Part shown: positions 22,805 through 32,999 of the stretch, one piece after another
Layout of the letters: each line of letters begins with the position of its first letter
Numbering within the stretch: position 1 is the first letter of the stretch
NCBI GenBank assembly: GCA_963851265.1
Contig: CAWKNZ010000012.1
Coordinates: 41,855-105,854 of the forward strand
From: an uncultured Gemmatimonadales bacterium
GTDB taxonomy: Bacteria; Gemmatimonadota; Gemmatimonadetes; Gemmatimonadales; Gemmatimonadaceae
Length of the DNA stretch: 64,000 nucleotides
Reading direction: 5' to 3'
Notes under the pieces: generated by a model
Databases searched by the model: none
Told to the model about the DNA's origin: nothing
The model's input: the letters and a program-made list of their open reading frames with translations, nothing else
Program-made: the position numbers and the translations under genes

Positions 22805-23686
22805 CTAACGCAGCCGGCGCAGCTCGACCTCTGACATGAGGAACCCGAACGCCGGCCACCCGCCGGCCCGAACGGAGCGCGTGAACCAGGTGCGCGCGGA
22901 CGCGGTGTCGCCGCGCACCAAATACCAGTTCCCCACGCCGTAGCTCAGCGTCGACGCCGCGACGGCCCCGGTGTCGGCGGCCGTGATCACCGAGTCGGGG
23001 GCGGTCTGACCGCGGTACAGCCGGAGCCGCTGCGCGTACGCGTTCGCGACCGGGAGTGAGTCGGGGTGGCGGTCGAGCATCGCCCGCGCATCGGCCGCGC
23101 GCCCGGCCCGCGACAGCGACATCCAGCGCCAGTCGGTGGAGCCGGCCAGCTCGCCCGCGTCGGGCGCGCGCGGCTGGGCGTGTCCGAACGCGTCGGCCGC
23201 GCCGGCGAAGTCGCCCGCCGCGTAGCGCGAAATGCCGAGGTGGTACCAGATCCCGTAGTTGGTGCTGTCGAGGCGGTTGCCGCGCGTGAGGTCGGCGAGC
23301 GCGGGGCCGAACTCGCCGACCGAGATGTGGCGGTGGCCGCGCCAGCGGTAGAGCACCGCGTCGTCGGGCGCGACCGCGAGGCCGCGCGTGAACGTCGCGA
23401 TCGCCTCGCGGTACTGGCGCGCGCCGGCCTGGGCGAGGCCGAGCGCGAGGAGGAGGTCGACGTTTCGCGGGTTGGACGCGAGTGCGGCCGTGGCGCGCGC
23501 GACGGGCCCCGTGTCGGCATCGGCGCGAAACACCACGCCCTGCACGGAGCGGTACTCGACGGGCGGCTCGGCGGCCGGCGCCGCGGTCTGGGCCGCGGCG
23601 GGGGCGACGGCGGGAGCGGCGGGCGAGGCGGCGAGCGCCGCCGCGCCCGCCATGAGCGTGACGGTCCAACGTCGGCGAACTCGCAT
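22805..23686 (-). CDS. Secreted TPR-repeat protein
   Basis: Signal peptide followed by TPR-like helices (YREAIATFTRGL...YRWRGHR...WYHLGISRY). Confidence 0.8.
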   Translation of the reverse strand: MRVRRRWTVTLMAGAAALAASPAAPAVAPAAAQTAAPAAEPPVEYRSVQGVVFRADADTGPVARATAALASNPRNVDLLLALGLAQAGARQYREAIATFTRGLAVAPDDAVLYRWRGHRHISVGEFGPALADLTRGNRLDSTNYGIWYHLGISRYAAGDFAGAADAFGHAQPRAPDAGELAGSTDWRWMSLSRAGRAADARAMLDRHPDSLPVANAYAQRLRLYRGQTAPDSVITAADTGAVAASTLSYGVGNWYLVRGDTASARTWFTRSVRAGGWPAFGFLMSEVELRRLR

Positions 23687-23712
23687 CGGGGTGTTCCTCG
23701 GGGTTGGGGGCG

Positions 23713-24045
23713 TCACCACGACACCGGGTGCGCCGCGTGGGGCGCGCGCCCGTCGTGCAGCGCGACCGCGCGCACGAGCAGCTCGCGCGCCGCGCGCCAG
23801 AGGTCGGCGTTCTCCCCCGGCTCGACATGCTGGAGATCGTATTCGACCGACTCGAGCGCCTGCCGCGGGGTCGAGCACGCGATCAACCGCTGGCCGGCGT
23901 ACTCCTCGGGCGTGTCGGCTACGGGGACGTACGTCTCGCCCCCGGTCCGCCGGGCGTGCTCCAGCGCGGCGTTGGCGCGGGCGAGGTAGTCCGCGCCGAT
24001 GCGCGTGAGGTCGTGGACGGTGAGCGGCGGACGAACGTCGGACAT
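23713..24045 (-). CDS. Hypothetical protein (110 aa)
   Basis: ATG start, GC3-rich codons and protein-like composition. Fills the gap between co-oriented genes. Confidence 0.65.
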   Translation of the reverse strand: MSDVRPPLTVHDLTRIGADYLARANAALEHARRTGGETYVPVADTPEEYAGQRLIACSTPRQALESVEYDLQHVEPGENADLWRAARELLVRAVALHDGRAPHAAHPVSW

Positions 24046-24152
24046 GAGCGGGTGGGCGGAGACGGGCGCGTGGTGTGGGCGGCGCGAGGGTGGCGCCCGA
24101 ATATGCGACGCCGTTCAGGCGCCGCGAGAGGGTCGGTCGCGGTCGGCGCCCC

Positions 24153-26057
24153 TCACGGCCCCGGGTCCGGATGCGCCGCCCGCTGCGCCTCGTAATGACG
24201 CCGCAGCACCTCGAACGCCTGCTTGCGCTCCCCGCGCTCCGAGACCAGCCCCTTCCGGTTGAAATAGTCCTGCAGCCCCGGCAGCGGGCGCCGCGGCGAG
24301 CGGAAGTCCTTCAGGATCCACGGCGTCATCCCCGCGAGGAACGGGATCCGTGCGAGCATCGCCACCTGATGCTCGTAGAGGCGGGCCTGGTACTCCTCCG
24401 TCCACCGACCGGCCGCCGCTCCGTGCCGCCCCTGCAGCGCGCCGCCGCCCAGCTCGCTCATCACGAGCGGCTTGTCGAACGCGCTCGTCCACCGGACGCT
24501 GTCGGCCTTCTCGATCGGGCCGTCGTACCAGCCGAGGTACTCGTTGTTGCCGACCACGTCGAGGTAGTTGCCTAACGGGTCGTCGATCGCGATGGTGTGC
24601 GGGTCCGCGTAGCGGTGCTCCAGCGCGGCCGTGACCAGGCGCGTCGAGTCGAGCAGCCGCGCCCGGTCGACGAGCGCCTTGAGGAAGGTGATGCGCGGCC
24701 CCGCGGCGGGGTTCGAGTCGCGCGGCGTCTCGTTGGCCACCGACCAGAGCGCGACGGCGGCGCGGTTGCGGTCGCGCGTGATCATCTCGCCGAGCTGCTG
24801 GCGGGCGAGCGCCAGCGTCGCCGGGTTCTCCCACGCGATGGTCCAGTACACCGGGATCTCGGCCCACACGAGGACGCCCATCTCGTCGGCCGCGCGCAGC
24901 ATCGCCTCGTCGTGCGGGTAGTGCGCGAGGCGCACGAAGTTGCCACCGAGGTCGTGCACCCAGCCCAGCAGCGTGCGCGCGTCGTCGCGGCTGAAGGCGC
25001 GCCGCGCCTCGTAGGGCGCCTCCTCGTGCACCGCGATGCCGCGCAGGAAGATCGGGCGCCCGTTGAGCAGGATCTGCGTGCCGCGCACGCCGACGGTGCG
25101 GAAGCCGATGCGGTCGCGCACCGTCTCGCCCGCGGTCGCCACCTCGACGTCGTAGAGCGTCGGGCGCCCGGTCGACCAGCGCGCGAGGCGCGTCGCGTCG
25201 AGCGAGAGCGCGGCGCGCCCGTCGGCGTCGGGCGTCACGGTCTGGCTGAGGCCCGCGGACGGGATGCGCACCGTGACCGGCGTCGTCGCGGCCGCGGCGC
25301 CGTCGAGCTGCACCCAGCCCCGCGCGCGCTCGGGGTGCCGGGGGTCCAGCTGCAGCGTGTAATCGCGCACGAACGTGGCCGGCGCCTCGACGAGCGTCAC
25401 CTCGCGCGTGAGCCCGCCGTAGTTCCACCAGTCCGAGTTGACGGTCGGCACGGCCTCGGGGCGCCGGCGGTTGTCGACCTTGACGACGAGATCGTTAGGC
25501 CCCGGCCGCAGCAGGCGCGTCACCTCGAAGTCGAACGGCGTGAAGCCGCCCTCGTGCACGCCGAGCTCGCTGCCGTTGAGCCACACGCGGGCCTCGTAGT
25601 TGGCCGCGCCGAAATGCACGAACAGCCGGCGCCCGGGCGCGAGGGCGCGCGTGAAGCTCGTCTTGTACCAGACCGTGCCCTCGTACCAGAGCAGGTCCGC
25701 GCGCTGGGTGTTCCAGTCGCCCGGCACGGCGAGCTGCGGCGAGCGGTCGAAGTCGTACTCGACGAGCTCGTTGCCCTCGGGCCTGCGGTTGCGGAAGTAG
25801 CCGTTGGGGTCGGGGCGGTGCCGGTAGTTGTAGTAGCCGTTCTCGAACGGGTCGACGATCGTCGACCAGCGGCCGTCGAGCGTCGTGGTCAGGCGTCCGG
25901 CGACGTTCGTGATGAGCGGCGCCGTCACGCCCGGCGTGGCCGCGCCCGGCGTGGCCGCGCCCGGCATAACCGCGTCCTGCGCCGCGGCGGGGCGCGGCGA
26001 CACGGCCAACACCATGGCGGCGAACGCCGCGGCGGCCGCCGGCGTCGCCGCCCTCAC
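24153..26057 (-). CDS. Glycoside hydrolase family 2, probable beta-glucuronidase, with signal peptide
   Basis: WYEGTVWY, HEGGFTPF, DWWNYGG, RLAHYP, acid/base ANET, nucleophile MSELGG and the GUS-type NRKG motif. The GTG start overlaps the AraC stop. Confidence 0.9.
   Translation of the reverse strand: MRAATPAAAAAFAAMVLAVSPRPAAAQDAVMPGAATPGAATPGVTAPLITNVAGRLTTTLDGRWSTIVDPFENGYYNYRHRPDPNGYFRNRRPEGNELVEYDFDRSPQLAVPGDWNTQRADLLWYEGTVWYKTSFTRALAPGRRLFVHFGAANYEARVWLNGSELGVHEGGFTPFDFEVTRLLRPGPNDLVVKVDNRRRPEAVPTVNSDWWNYGGLTREVTLVEAPATFVRDYTLQLDPRHPERARGWVQLDGAAAATTPVTVRIPSAGLSQTVTPDADGRAALSLDATRLARWSTGRPTLYDVEVATAGETVRDRIGFRTVGVRGTQILLNGRPIFLRGIAVHEEAPYEARRAFSRDDARTLLGWVHDLGGNFVRLAHYPHDEAMLRAADEMGVLVWAEIPVYWTIAWENPATLALARQQLGEMITRDRNRAAVALWSVANETPRDSNPAAGPRITFLKALVDRARLLDSTRLVTAALEHRYADPHTIAIDDPLGNYLDVVGNNEYLGWYDGPIEKADSVRWTSAFDKPLVMSELGGGALQGRHGAAAGRWTEEYQARLYEHQVAMLARIPFLAGMTPWILKDFRSPRRPLPGLQDYFNRKGLVSERGERKQAFEVLRRHYEAQRAAHPDPGP
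25928..25965 (-). repeat. 15-bp in-frame tandem repeat (PGAAT) after the GH2 signal peptide
   Basis: CGCCCGGCGTGGCCG x2 plus a partial third copy. Confidence 0.8.
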
Positions 26058-26965
26058 GCGACGCCCCCCGCCTCGCGCGCCGCCTGCGCGCCCCGCAGCC
26101 GCTCGATGTCGCGCAGTGGCGGGGACCCGAACAGCCGTCGGTACTCGCGGCTGAACTGCGACGCGCTCTCGTAGCCCACGCGCTGGCTCGCCGTGGCCGC
26201 GTCCGCGCCCTCGGTGAGCAGGATGCGCCGCGCCTCCTGCAGCCGCAGCTGCTTCTGGAACTGCAGGGGGCTCATGCTCGTCACCGCCTTGAACCACGCG
26301 TGCATCGTCGAGGGGCTCATGTTGACCTCGCGCGCCAGCTCCTCCATCCGGATCGGCCGCGTCGCGTTCCGTTTCAGCCACTCCAGCCCGGCCGCGATGC
26401 GCTGCACCTGCCCGTTGTCGGCGCGCAAGCGGCGCAGCAGCCCGCTCCGCTCCCCGAGCAGCAGGCGGTAGAAGATCTCGCGGCGGACGAGTGGGGCGAG
26501 GATCGGGATCTGCGCCGGCGTGCGCAGCAGCCGCACGTAGCGGATGACGGCGTCCAACAGCTCGGCGTCGAGCGGACTCGCGAACACGCTCTGCTGGTGG
26601 CGCGATTCCGCCTCCAGCGGCATCCCCGACTCGAGAATCAGCGCGCCGATCTCGGCGAAGTCGAGCTCGATCGCGACGCCGAGGCAGGGCGTCTCGGGTG
26701 TCGCCTCGACGATCTGGCCGAGTAGCGGCAGGTCGAGCGAGAGGACGAGGTACGTGTTGGGGTCGTACAGGTAGCGCGCGTCTTTCACGAGCACGCTCTT
26801 CACGCCCTGGGCGACGACGCAGAGTACGGCGCGGTCGACCGTGTGCCGCGGTGCGGTGGTCGTGGTGAACCGCGACAGGTGCAGTCCCGGCAGCGCCGTC
26901 GCGGTGAAGCCTTCCCGCGCGCTGAGCTCCGTGACGAGCGCCGCGAGCTGCTCGATCTGTGGCAC
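26054..26965 (-). CDS. AraC family regulator (AraC_N / YqhC-like)
   Basis: LCVVAQGVKSV, EIFYRLL and the HTH MSPLQFQKQLRLQEARR...VGYESASQFSREYRRLFG. Start is uncertain. Confidence 0.92.
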   Translation of the reverse strand: MPQIEQLAALVTELSAREGFTATALPGLHLSRFTTTTAPRHTVDRAVLCVVAQGVKSVLVKDARYLYDPNTYLVLSLDLPLLGQIVEATPETPCLGVAIELDFAEIGALILESGMPLEAESRHQQSVFASPLDAELLDAVIRYVRLLRTPAQIPILAPLVRREIFYRLLLGERSGLLRRLRADNGQVQRIAAGLEWLKRNATRPIRMEELAREVNMSPSTMHAWFKAVTSMSPLQFQKQLRLQEARRILLTEGADAATASQRVGYESASQFSREYRRLFGSPPLRDIERLRGAQAAREAGGVA

Positions 26966-27039
26966 CTGCCTCCGTTGCTGTCGTCGTGTGGGCCGCGACG
27001 GAACGTACGCGTGCGCGCGCCGCGGAGACAGGAACGTCG

Positions 27040-27073
27040 GAGCATCGGGCAAGTATTCCCGAGGATCGGTCAA
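27040..27073. promoter_or_regulatory. Probable AraC binding site (direct repeat, 21-bp period)
   Basis: GAGCATCGGGCAA (27040-27052) and GAGGATCGGTCAA (27061-27073) lie between the divergent AraC and aldo-keto reductase genes. Confidence 0.6.
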
Positions 27074-27152
27074 CGTGTTCCCGCGCCGCTGCCAGCGAAC
27101 CTTGGGCAGGCACTCGGCGCCGACCATCACGCGACCTCGGGGGGATCGACAC

Positions 27153-28193
27153 ATGCGGTACAATCGATTGGGCACGACGGGGCTCTTCGTCTCGGAGCTG
27201 TGCCTCGGCACGATGACCTTCGGCGCGAGCGACCAGTACGCGTTCATGGGCGCGGTGGCGCAGGCCGACGCCGACGCGATGGTGCGCCGTGCGATCGAGG
27301 CGGGCGTCAATGTCTTCGACACGGCCGACACCTACTCCGGCGGCAACTCCGAACGGATCACCGGGCAGGCGCTGAAGAATCTGGGCGTCGCGCGCGACGA
27401 GGTCGTCGTCGCGACCAAGGTGTTCGGCGAGACCGGCCCGGGTCCTAACGGCCGCGGCTCGTCGCGCGCGCACATCATCGCCGGCGCGCACGCGAGCCTC
27501 GAACGGCTGCAGCTGGACCACATCGACCTCTACCAGCTGCACGGCTTCGATCCGGCCACGCCGATCGAGGAGAGCCTCGGCGCGCTCACGGACCTCGTGC
27601 GACAGGGCCTCGTCCGCTACGTGGGGGTGTCCAACTGGGCGGCGTGGCAGATCGCCAGGGCGGTCGGCGTCGCGGAGCGCCTCGGGCTCACGAAGCCCGC
27701 CTCGCTGCAGGCGTACTACACCATCGCCGGACGCGACGTCGAGCGCGAGATCGTCCCGATGCTCGCGAGCGAGGGGTTGGGCATGCTCGTCTGGAGCCCG
27801 CTCGCCGGCGGGCTGCTGAGCGGCAAGATCGGGCGCGAGCAACCGAGTGCGGAGGGGACGCGCCGCGCCGCGTTCGCGTTCCCGCCGGTCGCGATGGACC
27901 GCGCGTACGACGTGCTCGACGCGCTGCGCCCGATGGCCGAGCAGAAGGGCGTCTCGGTCGCCCAGCTCGCCCTCGCGTGGCTCCTCCACCAACCGGCCGT
28001 GACGAGCGTGATCCTCGGCGCCAAGCGCCTCGACCAGCTGAACGACAATCTCGGCGCGGCGGACGTCACGTTCACGGCCGAGGAGCTGGCGGCGCTCGAC
28101 GAGGTCAGCCGGCTACCCGCGGAGTACCCCGGCTGGATGTTGGGCATGTGGGGCCAGGAGCGCGCCGCGCAGCTCGCGGGCTCGCGGAGCTGA
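27153..28193 (+). CDS. Aldo/keto reductase
   Basis: LCLGTMTFG, FDTADTY, ATKV, IDLYQLH and WSPLAGGLLSGK. Confidence 0.95.
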   Translation: MRYNRLGTTGLFVSELCLGTMTFGASDQYAFMGAVAQADADAMVRRAIEAGVNVFDTADTYSGGNSERITGQALKNLGVARDEVVVATKVFGETGPGPNGRGSSRAHIIAGAHASLERLQLDHIDLYQLHGFDPATPIEESLGALTDLVRQGLVRYVGVSNWAAWQIARAVGVAERLGLTKPASLQAYYTIAGRDVEREIVPMLASEGLGMLVWSPLAGGLLSGKIGREQPSAEGTRRAAFAFPPVAMDRAYDVLDALRPMAEQKGVSVAQLALAWLLHQPAVTSVILGAKRLDQLNDNLGAADVTFTAEELAALDEVSRLPAEYPGWMLGMWGQERAAQLAGSRS

Positions 28194-28200
28194 CCGTCAC

Positions 28201-29271
28201 ATGAGCCTCACAAGCTTCCGCACCCTCGGCCGCTCCGGCCTCGTCGTCAGCCCGCTCGCCCTCGGCACGATGACCTTCGGCGCCGCGCGCTGGGGCTCCC
28301 CCGACGACGTGTCGCGCGCGGTGTTCGATGCCTACGTCGACGCGGGCGGCAACTTCGTCGACACCGCCGACGTGTACGCGAGGGGGCACAGCGAGGAGTT
28401 GGTCGGGCGGTACATCGCCGAGCGTGGGTTGCGCGACCAGATCGTCCTCGCGACCAAGTTCGGGTTCAACGCCGCCGCGCCCGACCCGCACGCCGGCGGC
28501 AACGGCCGCAAGCACGTCTACCGCGCGCTCGAGGGGTCGCTCCGGCGCCTCGAGACCGACCACGTCGACCTGTACTGGCTGCACGTGTGGGACACGGTCA
28601 CGCCCGCCGAGGAGGTGCTGCAGACGTTGGGCGACCTCGTGCGCTCGGGGAAGGTCCGATACTTCGGCCTCTCCGACATGCCGGCGTGGTACGCGGCCAA
28701 GATGGCGACGCTGGCCGCGTCGCACGGCGTGCCGGGCCCGGTCGCGATGCAGCTCGAGTACTCGCTCGTCGAGCGAACGATCGAGCGTGAGTACGTGCCC
28801 GCCGCGCGCGACCTCGGGCTCGGCGTCGTGCCGTGGAGCCCGCTCGCGGGCGGGTTCCTCGCGGGCAAGTACCGGCGGGCTGAAGCGGCGGAGGTGGGCG
28901 ATCCGGCGCCGGACGGAGGGCGGCTCGCGGGGCCCAACCCGTTCGGCAACACGAAGTTCACCGACCGCAACTGGCGCGTGCTCGACGCGCTCCGGGCGGT
29001 GGCGGCGGAACTCGGCCGGCCGCCCGCGCAGGTGGCGCTCGCGTGGACCGCGGGGCGGCCCGGGGTCACCGCGCCCATCATCGGCGCGAGCCGGCTGGAG
29101 CAGCTGCACGACAACGTCGCGTCGCTCGAGGTGGCGCTCACCGCCGAGCAGCGGCGCGCGCTCGACGAGGCGAGCGCGCCGGAGCCGACGTTCCCGTACC
29201 CCATCTTCGAGCCCGCGGTGAACCGCATGATCTTCGGCGGGCACGACGTGGCGGGGTTCCCCCTGCGGTAG
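28201..29271 (+). CDS. Aldo/keto reductase
   Basis: LALGTMTFG, VDTADVY, ATKF, VDLYWLH and WSPLAGGFLAGKY. Confidence 0.95.
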   Translation: MSLTSFRTLGRSGLVVSPLALGTMTFGAARWGSPDDVSRAVFDAYVDAGGNFVDTADVYARGHSEELVGRYIAERGLRDQIVLATKFGFNAAAPDPHAGGNGRKHVYRALEGSLRRLETDHVDLYWLHVWDTVTPAEEVLQTLGDLVRSGKVRYFGLSDMPAWYAAKMATLAASHGVPGPVAMQLEYSLVERTIEREYVPAARDLGLGVVPWSPLAGGFLAGKYRRAEAAEVGDPAPDGGRLAGPNPFGNTKFTDRNWRVLDALRAVAAELGRPPAQVALAWTAGRPGVTAPIIGASRLEQLHDNVASLEVALTAEQRRALDEASAPEPTFPYPIFEPAVNRMIFGGHDVAGFPLR

Positions 29272-29462
29272 GGGAGCCGGGGCCGGCGCGGGGAACTGGC
29301 GCGGGAACGCGGACGTACGCCGTAGGCCGCTGTGCAGGCGGTGACGGCCCCGCGTGGCCCCGTTGCTGCTCCTGCCGTGGGCCGGCGTGTTGATTACGGT
29401 GGTACCGAAAACTGGCCGCAGGCGGGCGTTCGCCCGTCCGATCCGCAGACGTGAGGCGTACG

Positions 29463-32087
29463 ATGAGCGATACCGGTAGGGTCGATCCGCAGGAGCGCGG
29501 GGATCTCGAAGCGCGCAACAGCGTGGAGCACGAACACGGCGCGATCCGCGGCGACGACCGCGGTCGCCAGCAGCCCAACGCGTGGGAGGCGGCGAAGATC
29601 GACCTCGCCTCGGAGGAGGACATGCGCGAGCAGCTCGTCGCCCAGGGCCGGCCGACGGCGAGCGCGGCCGACGAGGCGTTCCACGGCGACGTGACCGTGC
29701 ACCCGCCCGAGACGTTCGAGAAGCTCAAGCGCAAGGACATCATGAAGACCGCCGCCGGGCTCGAGGCGGTCAAGGTGGCGCTGCAGTACGCGGTGGACGA
29801 GATGGGCGCGGTCGACTCGACGCGCATGCTCGTCAAGCTCAACCAAGTGGGTGGGATCGACTGTCAGAGCTGCGCGTGGCCCGACCCCAAGCCCGGGCAC
29901 CGCTCACCTTTCGCCGAGTACTGCGAGAACGGCGCGAAGGTCACGGCCGAGGAGAACACGCGCCGGCTCATCTCGCCCGAGTTCTTCCGCCAGCACAGCG
30001 TGCAGGAGCTGTCGGAGAAGAGCGACTACTGGCTGGCCAAGCAGGGGCGCATCGCGCACCCGATGGTGCTGCGCGAGGGCGCCACGCACTACGAGCCGAT
30101 CGCGTGGGACGACGCGTTCCGGCTGATCGCGCAGGAGCTGAACGCGCTCGAGTCGCCCGACGAGGCGGCGTTCTACACCTCGGGGCGGACGAGCAACGAG
30201 GCCGCCTTCATGTACCAGGTGTTCGTCCGGCAGTTCGGGACCAACAACCTGCCCGACTGCTCCAACATGTGCCACGAGTCGAGCGGGGCCGCGCTCACCG
30301 ACGCGATCGGGATCGGCAAGGGCACGGTCACGCTCGAGGACATCGAGACCACCGACCTGCTCATCGACATCGGGCACAACCCGGGCAGCTGCCACCCGCG
30401 CATGCTGAGCGCGCTGCAGCTGCTCAAGGAGAACGGGGGCAAGGTCATCGGCATCAACCCCCTGCCCGAGACGGGGCTCAACCACTTCCACAACCCGCAG
30501 AACCTGCGGCACCCGACGCGCGCGCTGCAGGTGTTCGTGGGCTCGGGCACGAAGATCTCGGACCTGTTCGTGCACCCGCGCATCGCCGGCGACCTCGCGC
30601 TGCTCAAGGGCGTGGCGAAGGAGATCGTCGAGGCCGAGGACCGGCGCCCGGGTACCGTGTTCGACCACGACTTCATCCGCGCGCACACGCACGGGCTCGA
30701 CGAGTTCGTGGCCGACACGCGCGCGGAGTCGTGGGACGTGATCCTCGAGGAGAGCGGCGTGTCGCGCGCGCAGATCCGCGAGATCGCCGACATGATCGTG
30801 CGGCACCGCAACGTGATCATCTGCTGGGGGATGGGGCTCACGCAGCAGCCGCAGGCGGTGGCGACCATCCAGCAGGTGGTGAACATCCTGCTGCTGCGCG
30901 GCAGCATCGGCAAGCCGGGCGCGGGCGTGTGCCCGGTGCGCGGGCACAGCAACGTGCAGGGCGACCGCACGGTGGGCGTGTGGGAGCGCATGCCCGACGA
31001 GTTCCTCGACAAGATCGGCGCGGAGTTCCGCTTCGAGCCGCCGCGCAAGCACGGCCACGACGTGGTCGAGACGCTCAAGGCGATGCACGCGGGCGCGGTG
31101 AAGGTGTTCTTCGGCATGGGCGGCAACTTCCTCTCGGCCGGCCCCGACACCGAGTACGCCGGCCAGGCGATGCGCCGCTGCCGCCTCACCGCGCAGGTCT
31201 CGATCAAGCTCAACCGCGGGCACCTCGTCACCGGCGCGCAGGCGCTCATCCTGCCGACGTTAGGCCGCGCCGAGCACGACGAGCAGGCGTCGGGGCAGCA
31301 GTTCGTCTCGGTCGAGAACTCGATGGGCGTGGTGTCGATGTCCAAGGGCACGCTCAAGCCGGCGTCGGACGACCTGCTGAGCGAGGTGGCGATCGTCTGC
31401 CGGATGGCGAAGGCCACGCTCGGCGCGCGCAGCTCGACCGACTGGGACGCGGAGGCCGCGGACTACGACCGCATCCGCGACCACATCGCGCGCGTGGTGC
31501 CCGGCTTCGACGACTACAACCGCCGCGTGCGCGAGCCGGGCGGGTTCTACCTGCCCAACGCGCCGCGAGACAAGCGCGAGTTCACGACGGAGACGGGCAA
31601 GGCCAACTTCACCGTGCACCCGATCCACGCGGTGCGGCTGGAGCCCGGCCAGCTGCTGATGATGTCGATGCGCAGCCACGACCAGTTCAACACCACGGTC
31701 TACGGCCTGCACGACCGCTACCGCGGCATCCACAACGAGCGCCGCGTGATCTTCATGAACGAGGCCGACGTGCGCGAGCGGGGGCTCAGGGAGGGGCAGG
31801 TCGTCGACCTCACGAGCCACTGGAACGGCACCGAGCGCGTGGCGCGGCAGTTCATCGTGGTCACCTACCCCATCCCGCGGCGCTGCACGGCGACGTACTA
31901 CCCCGAGGCCAACCCGCTCGTGCCGATCGACTCGGTGGCCGAGCGGAGCAACACGCCGACGTCGAAGTTCGTCGTGCTCACCGTGGCGCCGTCGGCGCGC
32001 GCGGGGCGGTTCGACTACGACCGCGTGGAGGCGGCGCAGGGGTCTAACGGGAACGGGGCGGCGCGCCGGGCGGTGGCGACGGCGTAG
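29463..32087 (+). CDS. FdhF/YdeP family molybdopterin oxidoreductase
   Basis: DCQSCAWPD, EYCENGAK, FYTSGRTSNEAA, NNLPDCSNMCHESSG, VRGHSNVQGDRT and RSHDQFNTTVYG. Confidence 0.95.
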   Translation: MSDTGRVDPQERGDLEARNSVEHEHGAIRGDDRGRQQPNAWEAAKIDLASEEDMREQLVAQGRPTASAADEAFHGDVTVHPPETFEKLKRKDIMKTAAGLEAVKVALQYAVDEMGAVDSTRMLVKLNQVGGIDCQSCAWPDPKPGHRSPFAEYCENGAKVTAEENTRRLISPEFFRQHSVQELSEKSDYWLAKQGRIAHPMVLREGATHYEPIAWDDAFRLIAQELNALESPDEAAFYTSGRTSNEAAFMYQVFVRQFGTNNLPDCSNMCHESSGAALTDAIGIGKGTVTLEDIETTDLLIDIGHNPGSCHPRMLSALQLLKENGGKVIGINPLPETGLNHFHNPQNLRHPTRALQVFVGSGTKISDLFVHPRIAGDLALLKGVAKEIVEAEDRRPGTVFDHDFIRAHTHGLDEFVADTRAESWDVILEESGVSRAQIREIADMIVRHRNVIICWGMGLTQQPQAVATIQQVVNILLLRGSIGKPGAGVCPVRGHSNVQGDRTVGVWERMPDEFLDKIGAEFRFEPPRKHGHDVVETLKAMHAGAVKVFFGMGGNFLSAGPDTEYAGQAMRRCRLTAQVSIKLNRGHLVTGAQALILPTLGRAEHDEQASGQQFVSVENSMGVVSMSKGTLKPASDDLLSEVAIVCRMAKATLGARSSTDWDAEAADYDRIRDHIARVVPGFDDYNRRVREPGGFYLPNAPRDKREFTTETGKANFTVHPIHAVRLEPGQLLMMSMRSHDQFNTTVYGLHDRYRGIHNERRVIFMNEADVRERGLREGQVVDLTSHWNGTERVARQFIVVTYPIPRRCTATYYPEANPLVPIDSVAERSNTPTSKFVVLTVAPSARAGRFDYDRVEAAQGSNGNGAARRAVATA

Positions 32088-32913
32088 CGGAGTCCCGGAC
32101 GCCCGCCGCCGTGTCGCCGAGCACGTAGGCCACGGCGGCGAGCACCACCGGGCCGGCCCGGCCGAGGTTCAGGAGCGAGTGCCCCTGCCCCTCGACCACG
32201 AACCGGCGCGCCCCGGCCGCCACGATCCCCGAATCGGCCCGCCGGAAGTCGTCGCGCGTGCCGCGCACGAGCGCGACCCGCACCCGCGGGGCGAGCCGCG
32301 CCACCTCGGAGTCGACGGCGAAGCTCTCCGCCCCGTGCGGCTCGCGGCCCAACATGTCGGACAACCCGGTGCGCAGGTGCCCGCGCGCACCCGGGCTCAT
32401 CGTGACCACGCCCGCGAGTCCCGGCTCGAGCGCCGGAGCGCGCAGGCGTACCGCCGTCCACACCGCCAGCTCGCCACCGATCGAGTGGCCCGCGATCACG
32501 AGCGGCGCCGCGGCCGCGCCGAGCGCGTCGCGCGCGCCCGCGACGAGCGAGTCGACGTAGGCCAGGTAGACCGCCGTGCGCGTCGGCCCGTTCGGCAACC
32601 GCCCGAGCACGCGACGCACGTCGAAGCCGACCACCGCGTACCCGTGCGCGCTCAACAGTTCGGCCAGCCGCTGGTGGGCGCGCCAGAACCCGACGTCGTT
32701 GCCGAAGAAGAACACGACCGCGCGCGGCGGCCCCGGGGCGCGCGCCGCGCCGCCGTCGGCCGGTCGCGCCGGGTAGAAGTAGAGCGGCGCGCGCCGGAGA
32801 TCCGGCGCGGCGGGATGGAACGGAGCGTGGGCGCGCGGCAGGACGAGCGCGGGCACGCCACAGCCGGCGAGCAGCGCTGCCGCGACCGCGACGCTGAGAG
32901 CGTGACGGGCCAT
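32044..32913 (-). CDS. Alpha/beta-hydrolase lipoprotein (AcvB/VirJ-like)
   Basis: Lipobox LLAGC, FFFGNDVGFW, nucleophile elbow GHSIGG and C-terminal GHS. Confidence 0.75.
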   Translation of the reverse strand: MARHALSVAVAAALLAGCGVPALVLPRAHAPFHPAAPDLRRAPLYFYPARPADGGAARAPGPPRAVVFFFGNDVGFWRAHQRLAELLSAHGYAVVGFDVRRVLGRLPNGPTRTAVYLAYVDSLVAGARDALGAAAAPLVIAGHSIGGELAVWTAVRLRAPALEPGLAGVVTMSPGARGHLRTGLSDMLGREPHGAESFAVDSEVARLAPRVRVALVRGTRDDFRRADSGIVAAGARRFVVEGQGHSLLNLGRAGPVVLAAVAYVLGDTAAGVRDSATPSPPPGAPPRSR

Positions 32914-32999
32914 GGCGTACGGCATCGGGGAATGCGAACACTACTTCGCCCGGATTCACCGAGCGCCGTCACCGCGCTAAGGAGTCGCTGCGGCGGGCG

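Noticed and set aside
24153..27992. 1279-aa ORF and other very long overlapping ORFs (e.g. 18147..21287, 42549..45290, 45714..48659)
   Set aside because: They are real genes extended upstream through alternative frames, or antisense shadows with Arg/Ala/Gly-rich nonsense translations.
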